NCBI GenBank assembly: GCA_000438195.1
Contig: FR903071.1
Span: forward strand, 87,394-151,393
Length of the DNA: 64,000 nt
Direction of reading: 5' to 3'
Origin: Mycoplasma sp. CAG:776
GTDB taxonomy: Bacteria; Bacillota_I; Bacilli_A; RF39; UBA660
Position 1 is the stretch's first letter. The number at the start of each line of letters is the position of its first letter. The translations under genes were made by a program, and so were the position numbers. Under the pieces are notes generated by a model. It did no database searches. It was not told where the DNA came from and saw nothing but the letters and a program-made list of their open reading frames with translations. Shown piece by piece: positions 29,992 to 41,231 of the stretch.

Positions 29992-30063
29992 GAGGGAAAT
30001 CTGCTCGAACCGAAAAGGAAGAGCTTTCGATAAATGTCAATTCTATAGGGAATTGATTTTTTT

Positions 30064-30360
30064 GTGTTAGAAAGTGAGAAGATTTTCATGTTAAAGGTTG
30101 TAAAACAAGAAATTGAAATGGAAGCAGCTCTTAAAAAGAAGTTAGAATTTATATGTAGTTTCTGTAATATTACTCCCATTATCCAAAATGGAAGTATTAG
30201 AAAGTTAGAACAAACTAACTTAATTTATGTAGAACCTCATAGAATTATCATCAAAAATATTACTTTACTTGCCTTTAATTATGAGAGTAATCTTTATATT
30301 GAAAATTTAAGTAAAAGTATTCCATTAAAAGAATTAGAAAATTTTATTAAAACACTATAA
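30064..30360 (+). CDS. Hypothetical small protein (98 aa) at island edge
   Basis: ORF only. Confidence 0.3.
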   Translation: MLESEKIFMLKVVKQEIEMEAALKKKLEFICSFCNITPIIQNGSIRKLEQTNLIYVEPHRIIIKNITLLAFNYESNLYIENLSKSIPLKELENFIKTL

Positions 30361-30584
30361 AAAAACATGCACATCAATTCCTTATCTCCCATTTTACCTG
30401 GATTTTTTCTAAAAATTAGGAAAGAAAAATTATCATAACTTTACCCATAGACAAAACTAGATGTTTTGTTAAAATAAGTATGCTAGGAAAAAATATAATG
30501 ATTTCCACTTATTTAGATAACACAAACTATTTGTCTTGTGTTATTTTTTTATACTTTAAATGGATAGAAAGGATGATGTGATGA

Positions 30585-32488
<1,904 letters not shown>

Positions 32489-32726
32489 CTCTCCTAAATT
32501 TTTCTTTTTTTCTCATTTTTACAACTTTAAAAATTAAACAGGATATGATGTTTGCACCAGTTAAAAGAACCAACCCTTATTTTATAAGACTTTTTCTTTT
32601 ATTTTACTGGTGCCATTTTATTTTTGCACTTGCAAAAATAGATATAATTATATACAAAGTATATTACCTTTTTTAAAAAAAGCTAGGTAAATACTGATTT
32701 AATTTGTATTACTTTTTTATATAATT

Positions 32727-33173
32727 TTATTTTTTACTTTTCCCACAAACAGCACTCATTGAAATATGAAACTCTTTACAAAATTTATATAGATTGGAAG
32801 TAGAAATACATATAAGACCTTTTTCGTATCTAACAATACATGCTTGTGATACACCTAACAAGTCAGCAATATTTTCTTGAGACAAATTATGTTTTAGTCT
32901 AACTGCTTTCATATTATTACCTAATCTTTCTAGGTTCAATCCTTTATTTATTTTTGTGTTACGTTCATTTGTTAAACCAAGAACATAATCTATACTATAT
33001 TTAAAATAATCTGCATAATCACATAAGTTTTTAAGTGGAATAATGTTAATTCCTAATTCCCATAATGAATATGTAGAACGATTTACTTTTAGAATATTTG
33101 CCATTTTCTCTTGGCTAATGTCATTATCTTCTCTAATATCTTTTAATCTTGAAAAATCTATCATATACTTCAC
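32727..33173 (-). CDS. Tandem-HTH XRE-family regulator (island-encoded)
   Basis: Two XRE HTH units (ISQEKMANILKVNRSTYSLWE; LSQENIADLLGVSQACIVRYE). Confidence 0.7.
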   Translation of the reverse strand: MKYMIDFSRLKDIREDNDISQEKMANILKVNRSTYSLWELGINIIPLKNLCDYADYFKYSIDYVLGLTNERNTKINKGLNLERLGNNMKAVRLKHNLSQENIADLLGVSQACIVRYEKGLICISTSNLYKFCKEFHISMSAVCGKSKK

Positions 33174-33275
33174 CTAGGCTAATTATCGCATTAGGCGAAG
33201 AAAAAACATCAATATTGCTATTTACAGTTATATTTTCTGCTATTTTGTGTTATAATTAATAATTAGAAAGAAGGC

Positions 33276-33635
33276 GTGGAAATGACAAAATATTTATCAT
33301 TAAAAGAAAATGAAGAATTAATTATAGGAATGGATCAAAAGCCAAAAGTAGTTAGAATCAAAAATAAAAATAATAAATTACAAATAAGTGAGATTACTCC
33401 TGAAGAAATAACAGACAATATTGTAATTACAGAATTAAATTTTGATGAATTAAAAAGTTTTGTGTTGTACGAAAGTTATTATCAAGAAGTATCTAACCTT
33501 GATATAGATAAGGAAATAATGCAAAAAAATAATGATATATGTGAATATCATTATAAAAAAATTTATGGTGATAATTATAACGAAGATATATCAAATACTA
33601 AGTTTCAAGTTATTATTACTTTTGGCAAGAAATAG
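33276..33635 (+). CDS. Hypothetical protein (119 aa)
   Basis: ORF divergent from the XRE gene. Confidence 0.35.
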   Translation: MEMTKYLSLKENEELIIGMDQKPKVVRIKNKNNKLQISEITPEEITDNIVITELNFDELKSFVLYESYYQEVSNLDIDKEIMQKNNDICEYHYKKIYGDNYNEDISNTKFQVIITFGKK

Positions 33636-33729
33636 AATTTGAAAAAAGTTAACTCTAATCTTAAAAACAGGAAAATAATTTATAATCTACTTAATAAATT
33701 GCTTATTAAATCTTTATTAATTTGTGTCG

Positions 33730-34332
33730 TTAACTTTTTTGCGTTTCTTTTTTTCCGCAACAATACCGATATGGTCTACCGCTTCCACACGGACATTTCT
33801 TTTTGCCATTTTTCTTTTCTTCATATAAATGTAATTGGTGATTTTTTTTAGCAATTTGCCTATTATAATTGTCAATATCTTCTACAAAATCATATTTTTT
33901 ACATGATGGAATTCTAAAGGTAAAGGTTGTTTTACCATCTGTATTTGAAATTGCAAAATCGCCTAATTGAATAACGTCCATTCCAATAAGAGCATCAGCA
34001 CCATGTATTTCTGGTATTTCTGTAACTTTCACAGAGTTAATAACTACACCATTGGGGACAAGTATATCTACCAAATATACATTTTGGGATACTAAACCAC
34101 CAGCAGTGTGAACTTCAGCTTTTGAAATTGGAATTAAATTGCATTTTTTTGCTATATTTGAACTTATTGCGCTTGTTGTCGCTCCAGTATCCCAAATTCC
34201 TATTCCTGTTACTTCTATAGCATTTGCATTCTTAAAAGAAGAAGAAAATGAAACTTTTGTTAAAAGTACTGGAGTAATTTTTTCATAAGGAACTGTAAAA
34301 GCATGCCTAATTTCTTTTTTCGATTTATCCAT
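33730..34332 (-). CDS. Retropepsin-like aspartic protease domain protein with C-terminal SEC-C zinc-binding motif
   Basis: D-T-G-A active-site motif (GIWDTGATTSAIS) and C-terminal CPCGSGRPYRYCCG. Confidence 0.6.
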   Translation of the reverse strand: MDKSKKEIRHAFTVPYEKITPVLLTKVSFSSSFKNANAIEVTGIGIWDTGATTSAISSNIAKKCNLIPISKAEVHTAGGLVSQNVYLVDILVPNGVVINSVKVTEIPEIHGADALIGMDVIQLGDFAISNTDGKTTFTFRIPSCKKYDFVEDIDNYNRQIAKKNHQLHLYEEKKNGKKKCPCGSGRPYRYCCGKKETQKS

Positions 34333-34569
34333 TTAAAAAATTGCCCTCGTGTGAAAAACCTGAATACTATTTTGATCTTCTTTTTCACATTTCTGTATAA
34401 TAAACGTTCCCATTTCTAATTCAGAGGCATAAGTAATTGCCTTTTGTTCTTCTTTGCTGGCAAATATTACCTCTTGATTAGCTATTACTATATATTGTCC
34501 TTTATATTTTTTTAACAATTCCTTTAAATTGGCTTTAAACCATTTATAGTTTCTATCAACTTCATTCAT
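34333..34569 (-). CDS. Small hypothetical protein (78 aa) translationally coupled to the retropepsin-like gene
   Basis: Stop/start adjacent (34332/34333). Confidence 0.4.
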   Translation of the reverse strand: MNEVDRNYKWFKANLKELLKKYKGQYIVIANQEVIFASKEEQKAITYASELEMGTFIIQKCEKEDQNSIQVFHTRAIF

Positions 34570-34722
34570 AGCAAAAACTCCTTTCTTTTAAGTTAGAAAT
34601 ATATTATACTCTATGATCATTAGTTTTACAATATTAATATATCATATTTTTTTTTTTTTTTAAAGCCAAATGTTTAAACTTTAAAAAATTTTATTATTTT
34701 TTACACTACATCATAATTTTGT

Positions 34723-34800
34723 GTTAAAATATTATTAGATTTGAGATTTATCGACCTATTTTAATCTTAAAGGTTCTAAATAGGCTACTCTCTCGCACCA
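34723..34800 (+). repeat. 78-bp direct repeat, copy 1 (upstream of fic)
   Basis: Near-identical to 36047..36124 (2 mismatches). Ends in ...tctcgcacca. Confidence 0.6.
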
Positions 34801-34953
34801 AATTGAATTTTACTCAAAATTTTGAGTTATTATTGCACAATAATTGTGCAAAAAGCATATTTTTTTTATAAAAATGCACATTATTTCATAGATATTGTGC
34901 GTTTTTCTTTACTTTCTAGACTGAATATAGTAATATATTAAGGAGGTGAGAAA

Positions 34954-36033
34954 ATGGATCCTATAAAAGTTAAAAAATTACCACTTGAATATAAACTAGA
35001 TAAAGAGTTAATGAATTTGATTTCAGAAGCTAATTTAAAATTTGGAGAATACAAATCAAATTTAAAAAACAGTCAATTTGATTCAAGATTTTTTTTAGAC
35101 TCTATTATTTTAAGTGAAAGTTTAAAATCAACACAAATAGAGGGTACTCAAATTTCACAAGATGATATGTATTATTTAAAATATATGCCTAAAACAGATG
35201 ATAATTTAGAAATACAAAACTTAAAAAAGGTAATTGATTTTGCCAAAATGCATTTAAAAGATAATCATAAAATTGATATTAAATTCATTAATGATATTCA
35301 TAAGATATTATTAAATAGTGTTCGTGGAAATGAAAAAGATCCCGGGCATATTAGAACTACTCAAAATTGGATTGGCCCAAAAGGCTGTACGATTGAAGAA
35401 GCAACATTTATTCCGCCTATACCAGAAGAAGTTCCAATTTTGTTAAACAATTTATTTGAATATATGAATGATGCTTATGTTGATCCTATATTTATCAATT
35501 TGGCAATATCTCATTCACAATTTGAAACTATACATGCTTACTGTGATGGTAATGGTAGACTTGGTAGAGCACTCATTCCTGTTCAATTAGCTCTTTTAAC
35601 CGAAGAAGAACCAATTTTATTTTTATCAGAAGTAATTGAATTATATAAGCCTACTTATTATAAACTTTTAAACGAAAGTAGAAAAGGCAATATGTTGGGA
35701 TTTATAAAGTTTTTTTTGCAATGTATAATTGATCAATGCAATAATTATATTGCAAAAATAAATAGAATTAACCAAATTTATAATAAAGATATGGAAAAAA
35801 TTAAAATATTAAAAAGTAATGCTGTATATCGGATTATGCCTGCCATTATGAGACAAATTGTTTTTACAAAAAAAGAAATCGTAGAAGAGTCATCAGTTTC
35901 TAGAAATACTGTGTCTATATTAATAGACAAATTAGTAGAATTAAATATTTTAGAACCAGATTCTAATTATGCTAAGTTAGGTTATAGATACAATGAAATT
36001 TATAATGTCTTTGTGGGGAAAGATATGTCATAA
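34954..36033 (+). CDS. fic: Fic/Doc family protein (class II, with N-terminal inhibitory SxxxEG motif); AMPylase-type
   Basis: Fic motif HAYCDGNGRLGR. N-terminal STQIEG matches the (S/T)xxxE(G/N) inhibitory helix. 359 aa. Confidence 0.85.
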   Translation: MDPIKVKKLPLEYKLDKELMNLISEANLKFGEYKSNLKNSQFDSRFFLDSIILSESLKSTQIEGTQISQDDMYYLKYMPKTDDNLEIQNLKKVIDFAKMHLKDNHKIDIKFINDIHKILLNSVRGNEKDPGHIRTTQNWIGPKGCTIEEATFIPPIPEEVPILLNNLFEYMNDAYVDPIFINLAISHSQFETIHAYCDGNGRLGRALIPVQLALLTEEEPILFLSEVIELYKPTYYKLLNESRKGNMLGFIKFFLQCIIDQCNNYIAKINRINQIYNKDMEKIKILKSNAVYRIMPAIMRQIVFTKKEIVEESSVSRNTVSILIDKLVELNILEPDSNYAKLGYRYNEIYNVFVGKDMS

Positions 36034-36046
36034 AAATTTAAAGTAT

Positions 36047-36124
36047 GTTAAAATATTATTAGATTTGAGATTTATCGACCTATTTTAATCTTAAAGGTTT
36101 TAAATAGGCTACTTTCTCGCACCA
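36047..36124 (+). repeat. 78-bp direct repeat, copy 2 (downstream of fic), running straight into the 25-bp island-boundary repeat
   Basis: See copy 1. Confidence 0.6.
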
Positions 36125-36309
36125 GAGGGAAATAGCCTCGAACTATTCGAATTTTAATATATAGAAATCAATCGAAATGATTGATTTTTATCGTTATTAT
36201 CTAATGTTTTTCTTGATTATTTAAATAAATTAAGTTACAGTATACATTTTTATTTATTAATGAAAAAGACCAATTGTAGCAGTTGGTCTAATCGATAAAA
36301 TATAGTTTG

Positions 36310-36825
36310 TTATTTATTTCTTTTTACAAATATTATTCCTAATATTATAGTTATTGTTATAACTATAATTGGGGCAAATCTAAAGAATATCCATTCAAAT
36401 GAATGCCATATCGTTCCAATAACAGTCCATTCAGCATCATTGTAATCCCATGATTGATATGGACTATTTAATATTATGAATAAAATAAATAATAATATTA
36501 AAAATACATCAGCAATTATTAATGTATTAATCATTAGTTTTCTCTTTTGTTTTCGTTTCATTGATAATTGTTCATTTATAACTTCTAATTTTTCGGATAT
36601 TACTTGTAAGTCATTTTTTTCTTTTTCCTTGATGTTCTCACCTAGAATTTCACTAACCGGTGTTTCAAAAATTGTTGATATAGTTATTAACATTTCCGCA
36701 TCTGGAACAGATAAGCCTGACTCCCATTTTGAAATTGTTTGTCTAACAACATTTAATTTAATACTTAACTCTTCTTGGGAAAGTCCTTTTTGTTTTCTTA
36801 ATGCTTTTAAATTATCTTTTAACAT
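36310..36825 (-). CDS. XRE-family HTH protein with C-terminal transmembrane segments
   Basis: N-terminal HTH (LSQEELSIKLNVVRQTISKWESG), then 2 TMs. Terminator hairpin 36267..36289. Confidence 0.6.
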   Translation of the reverse strand: MLKDNLKALRKQKGLSQEELSIKLNVVRQTISKWESGLSVPDAEMLITISTIFETPVSEILGENIKEKEKNDLQVISEKLEVINEQLSMKRKQKRKLMINTLIIADVFLILLFILFIILNSPYQSWDYNDAEWTVIGTIWHSFEWIFFRFAPIIVITITIILGIIFVKRNK

Positions 36826-36912
36826 ATAACATTTTCTCCTTTCAAGTTAAGTTTATTATAAATATATCGTTGCTACAAGCAATGTATTTTAACATTGCAA
36901 TCAATTGTAAAT

Positions 36913-37158
36913 TTAATGAATAGTATGTGAAGTTATAATTGTGTAGCTATATGCGTTAATAGTTATCCTTATATTATTAATTTCACAATACCAATTCTTT
37001 CCTTGTTTATAAATATTACAGTTTTTATCTAAGATTTTATTTTTACAGTATTCAATTATATCATTAGTATTTAATTTAAGATTTTTCTTAATCCTATCCA
37101 TACCCATTTTGGTAGTATGAATTTTATCTATATTAGATAATAATATTTCTTTATTCAT
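36913..37158 (-). CDS. Small protein, DUF3781-like
   Basis: 81 aa, KNWYCE motif. Confidence 0.35.
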   Translation of the reverse strand: MNKEILLSNIDKIHTTKMGMDRIKKNLKLNTNDIIEYCKNKILDKNCNIYKQGKNWYCEINNIRITINAYSYTIITSHTIH

Positions 37159-37187
37159 AATTTTTACATCTTCCTTATATATTGAAC

Positions 37188-37634
37188 TTATTTTTCTAAT
37201 TTCATATATAAAACTGGGTAGGGTTTACCTTGATCATCTAACTCGTTTCTTTGATAAACTTTAAAACCTATGTGTTCATAAAAGCACTTTGCTTGTGGAT
37301 TATCTTCATTTACTGCAAGATCATTAATTCCATAATTTTCTATTCCGTATAAAAGCATTTTTTTGCCAATACCCTTGCCTCTACATTCAGAAATAATAAA
37401 TAGCATTTCAAGTTTATTATTTTCAATTCCCATAAATGCAATAGGTGTTCCCTCTTTATCAGTTTCAATAATTAAATGGGAGATATTGTTTAATGCTTCT
37501 GGTACATATTTTTTAATTTCTAAAATTTCTTCATTTGATAGAAATTTATGTGTTGCTCTTACAGAATTTTCCCACACCGTTAATAATTTATCTATAAGTT
37601 GTGGTGTTCTATCTTTGGCCTCAATTATTTTCAT
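37188..37634 (-). CDS. GNAT family N-acetyltransferase
   Basis: Acetyl-CoA binding motif ECRGKGIGKKML, C-terminal YEHIGFKV. Confidence 0.8.
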   Translation of the reverse strand: MKIIEAKDRTPQLIDKLLTVWENSVRATHKFLSNEEILEIKKYVPEALNNISHLIIETDKEGTPIAFMGIENNKLEMLFIISECRGKGIGKKMLLYGIENYGINDLAVNEDNPQAKCFYEHIGFKVYQRNELDDQGKPYPVLYMKLEK

Positions 37635-37660
37635 ATTTTACCTCACTTTCAAAGGGTAAT

Positions 37661-38170
37661 TTATTTATTAGTCCTTTTCCATTTTTTTATTTTACCTCTA
37701 AAATTTTTGAAATTAGCAATAGTATTTAGATGTATTAATCTACATACACTAAACTCCTTACCGTTTGTTTTTGCCCAATTTCTTTTTCCGATTTCCAATA
37801 ATTCTGTATCAGATAAATTAGTTACTAGTTGGATAATATTATCAACTTTTTGATTAAAAGTATCAATTAATTCTTTTAAAGAATAATCATTATGTTTATC
37901 ATAAAAACTTTGATATAACCAATCTAAATTATTCCATTTCCATTCAGTAGCAAGTGGTGTTTTCTGAATGGCTTTTTGTTCTTCATTTTCCCAAGCTAAA
38001 ACTAAATCCATCCAACCAATACAAAAGGATAACATTTGAAAAGGAGTATATTCAATTTTCCCGTCAACTACATTTATAGATGATTCATTTATATTCGAAT
38101 ATTCTTTAATAAACAAATCAGCATTATTTCTAATTGCTTCTATCAATTCTAATTTATTACTGTATTTCAT
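37661..38170 (-). CDS. ClbS/DfsB-family four-helix-bundle protein (DUF1706-like), tentative
   Basis: Overall similarity in length and pattern (LIEAIRNNADLFIKEY..., W-rich). Weak. Confidence 0.4.
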   Translation of the reverse strand: MKYSNKLELIEAIRNNADLFIKEYSNINESSINVVDGKIEYTPFQMLSFCIGWMDLVLAWENEEQKAIQKTPLATEWKWNNLDWLYQSFYDKHNDYSLKELIDTFNQKVDNIIQLVTNLSDTELLEIGKRNWAKTNGKEFSVCRLIHLNTIANFKNFRGKIKKWKRTNK

Positions 38171-38197
38171 AGTCCCTCCATAAATCGTAATTTTGAT

Positions 38198-38806
38198 TTA
38201 TAATTTCTTCCTATATAATAAACATTTTAAAGGAACCTCTTTTTCTAGTTTAAGGATAATATCTTCTTCTCCAACTTTATCAAATCCTCTGTTTTCATAG
38301 AATTGATAAGTACATTGATCATCAGTAAATAAGTAAATTTCTTTTCCTTTTTCTCTTTTTTCTAATTCATTTAACAACTTTGTTCCTATACCTTTTACTT
38401 TTAAATCAGGATTAGCTGCTAAAAATCTGATTTCTCCATTTGGTTTATTATTTTTTTGATATTCTTTTAGTAATTTTTGATTAACTTCATCATAAATACC
38501 AACACTATCTTTGAAGAAATATTTTTGAATAAACTCAACAAACTTAACATATATAGACTTTGAAAATGATTTATGACATTTAGGTTCATCATATATCTCT
38601 GCTATTAGAACTCCTGCTAGTTCTTCACCATAATATAATGCTAAAACTTGTGTTGCATTTAATAGTTCCAAATACCAAAAGTATCTACCATAAAAATTTA
38701 ATATTGTTTTATTATCAACATAAAAATTAAAGTGCATTCCTTTAATTGCATATTGAATTACTTTCTTGTAATCTTTTTCTGCCAATTCTTTAAATTCCAA
38801 TTCCAA
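38198..38806 (-). CDS. GNAT family N-acetyltransferase
   Basis: KVKGIGTKLLNELE...FYENRGF. Confidence 0.75.
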   Translation of the reverse strand: MELEFKELAEKDYKKVIQYAIKGMHFNFYVDNKTILNFYGRYFWYLELLNATQVLALYYGEELAGVLIAEIYDEPKCHKSFSKSIYVKFVEFIQKYFFKDSVGIYDEVNQKLLKEYQKNNKPNGEIRFLAANPDLKVKGIGTKLLNELEKREKGKEIYLFTDDQCTYQFYENRGFDKVGEEDIILKLEKEVPLKCLLYRKKL

Positions 38807-39762
38807 AGTATCATCTCGCTTTCAAATTACTATTTGTCGTTTAGATAATTATATCATTTTTTTCATATAAAAACTATTTTCAAATAACAATAAAAGTACT
38901 ATAAGTATGTAATATTAATTGTCTTTGTTAAATGGTTTTGGTAAGTTCCTAAACAGCACTATCGGTCAATTTATTTTAACTTTTTTAGATTAAAATATAT
39001 AGTATCGATTTTAAAAAAAGTTGATTTTTGATATTTAAGGAAAGAAAAGGATAGCTTAAGGTGTTTCAATTAAAAGCAAAAGATTTACTTTTTTATAAAG
39101 TACTAAAAAAAAGATAGAGTTTATATATGACAATAATATTGAAATTATACAGAATACCAAAGATGGTTTTGAAAGATATTAAAAATATGATTTATGTTGC
39201 AATTGAATGTGTCTAAAGAAAATTATTAGATTGAATTATTATAATAATTGTTAAAAGTCAATAGTTTTCTAAAAAATTTAATATGGAAAAGAAGCATATA
39301 ATAATAAAATTTCATACAAGTGAAACTTTAGAAAAATCATTGTCCTGGTTCTTATATTTATCTAAAAAGCAAATAAGAAAGTAGTCGAAATTCTATTGTT
39401 AAATAAAGGTTTTAACTCTGGAAAAGATTTATTTAACTCGCCGTTTAATAAAAATTCAAATTTACTTCGATTTTTAATTAATGGTTGACGTACATAATGA
39501 CTTTAAAATATAAATATGGTATAATAAATAATAATTTGGAATGTATTGAATGGATAAGAGATAACTAGCAATAGTAAAAACTAACGTGTTTTTATTAAAT
39601 CTATGTTCTTAAGTTCTTTGAACCAGTTTATAAAATGGTTTTGGTAAAATAGATACGAATCTACAATACTTCTAAGAATTATAATACATCAAAAAATATA
39701 AATAGAAAGGGAAAAATCAAATATATTAATATTTATATAAGATTGATTATACGAGAATTTAA

Positions 39763-40494
39763 ATGAAAAATGTAATTATTTATGATTTCGATGGAACATT
39801 AACTCCATACTCTTTACCTAAATTTGAAATTTTAGAAAAAAGTGGAATGAAAGGTGGAGCACATAATCCAAAATTTTTAGAATTATCAAAGCAAAAATCA
39901 AAAGATAAAAATATAGATTTATATGAAGCTATGTATGAAACTTATTTTGAAATTATAAAAAGTGCAAATTTTGATTTAAAAGATGAAAATTTTTGTTTAG
40001 GTTATAATAATGTTGATTATAATGAAGGAGTAACTGACTTTTTAGATATGCTTTGTCAAAATCATGTTTCAAATTATTTGTTAAGTTCTGGAATTAAGGT
40101 GTTTTTAGAAAAAGTCTCTGTTTCATCCTATTTTAAAAAGATTTATGCAACGATATTTAATTATAATTTAAACCATGAAGCCATAGGAATAAAATTTTTA
40201 ATGAGTGATAAAAATAAAGTCGTTGCTATAGAAGAAATATTAAAAACAATTGGAAATAAAGATAATGATTGTTCTAATGTAATATATATAGGGGATGGAC
40301 TTACAGATTATTATGCAATGAAATACATTAAAGAACATGGTGGAACAACAATCTTTGTATACCAAGATCCCAATCATAAAGATATTTTAGCTATAAAAGA
40401 AAAAAAGGTTGTTGACTTTTATACAAATGCTATTTATTCACAAAATGGTGAGTTATATCATTATGTGAGAAAATTATGTAAAATTAATAACTAA
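39763..40494 (+). CDS. HAD-superfamily hydrolase
   Basis: N-terminal DFDGTLT motif and C-terminal GDGLTD. Confidence 0.7.
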   Translation: MKNVIIYDFDGTLTPYSLPKFEILEKSGMKGGAHNPKFLELSKQKSKDKNIDLYEAMYETYFEIIKSANFDLKDENFCLGYNNVDYNEGVTDFLDMLCQNHVSNYLLSSGIKVFLEKVSVSSYFKKIYATIFNYNLNHEAIGIKFLMSDKNKVVAIEEILKTIGNKDNDCSNVIYIGDGLTDYYAMKYIKEHGGTTIFVYQDPNHKDILAIKEKKVVDFYTNAIYSQNGELYHYVRKLCKINN

Positions 40495-40531
40495 ATATTT
40501 ATATATTAAATAGTTAAGTTACTCTTTATAT

Positions 40532-41221
40532 TTATTTTTTATTACAAGTAAGATTATAGCTTTCCTTTATATAAGCTATTATTTCTTCATCTTCTATTGT
40601 ATTATCTAAGATTATTGTAATCCATTTTTTCTTATTCATATGATAAGCTTTATAAAATCCTTTTTTATTTAGTAATTGGCTTATTTTTTCTTCATTTAAT
40701 TTTAAATTAATCACTTCTACTTTTTCAATATTATCATTGTTTTCTATTTTTCCTCTTTTTACATTCATAATTAATGCATACCACTTCTTATTATTAGCGT
40801 GTCTAAATATACCACAATCTGGATTTTTCTTCCAAGGAAATTCTGGAGTTGTATGATAATAATTTATTATAAAATCAGCTACTCTATTTGTTTGTTCTGA
40901 TCCAAAATACAAGATGGTACAACATTTATCTTTAATATCAAATAAAACTTTTTTAAATTCTTCACGAACTTTATTGATGAACTCTCCATTTAAGTTTTCA
41001 TTACGATAATTTAAATATTCTTCATCAAAATTAGCATCTATTATTTTCCCTTTTATATTATTATAATAATCGATTTCTATTATGATTTTAAATGTATTAT
41101 TTAAAATTTTTTTTGAATAAATATAACTATTATTAATTTCTTTAAAACCATAAGACATCAATTTATCTATCTTTATTTGGGCTTTCTTAAATATTTTTTC
41201 CTCTAAATTCATTTTTATCAC
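40532..41221 (-). CDS. MmcQ/YjbR-family protein with N-terminal extension
   Basis: C-terminal YHMNKKKWITIILD and surrounding pattern typical of YjbR (DUF419). Confidence 0.6.
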   Translation of the reverse strand: MIKMNLEEKIFKKAQIKIDKLMSYGFKEINNSYIYSKKILNNTFKIIIEIDYYNNIKGKIIDANFDEEYLNYRNENLNGEFINKVREEFKKVLFDIKDKCCTILYFGSEQTNRVADFIINYYHTTPEFPWKKNPDCGIFRHANNKKWYALIMNVKRGKIENNDNIEKVEVINLKLNEEKISQLLNKKGFYKAYHMNKKKWITIILDNTIEDEEIIAYIKESYNLTCNKK

Positions 41222-41231
41222 CTATTATTAA

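Noticed and set aside
29837-30179. ORFs 29837..30040 and 29892..30179 (-)
   Set aside because: They overlap tRNA-Leu and its flank. Their translations are the tRNA complement read as protein.
33639-33851. ORF 33639..33851 (+)
   Set aside because: It mostly overlaps the C-terminal SEC-C region of the retropepsin-like gene on the opposite strand. No RBS.
36476-36829. ORF 36476..36829 (+) and 37363..37853 (+) ORFs
   Set aside because: Antisense to the HTH-TM and GNAT genes.
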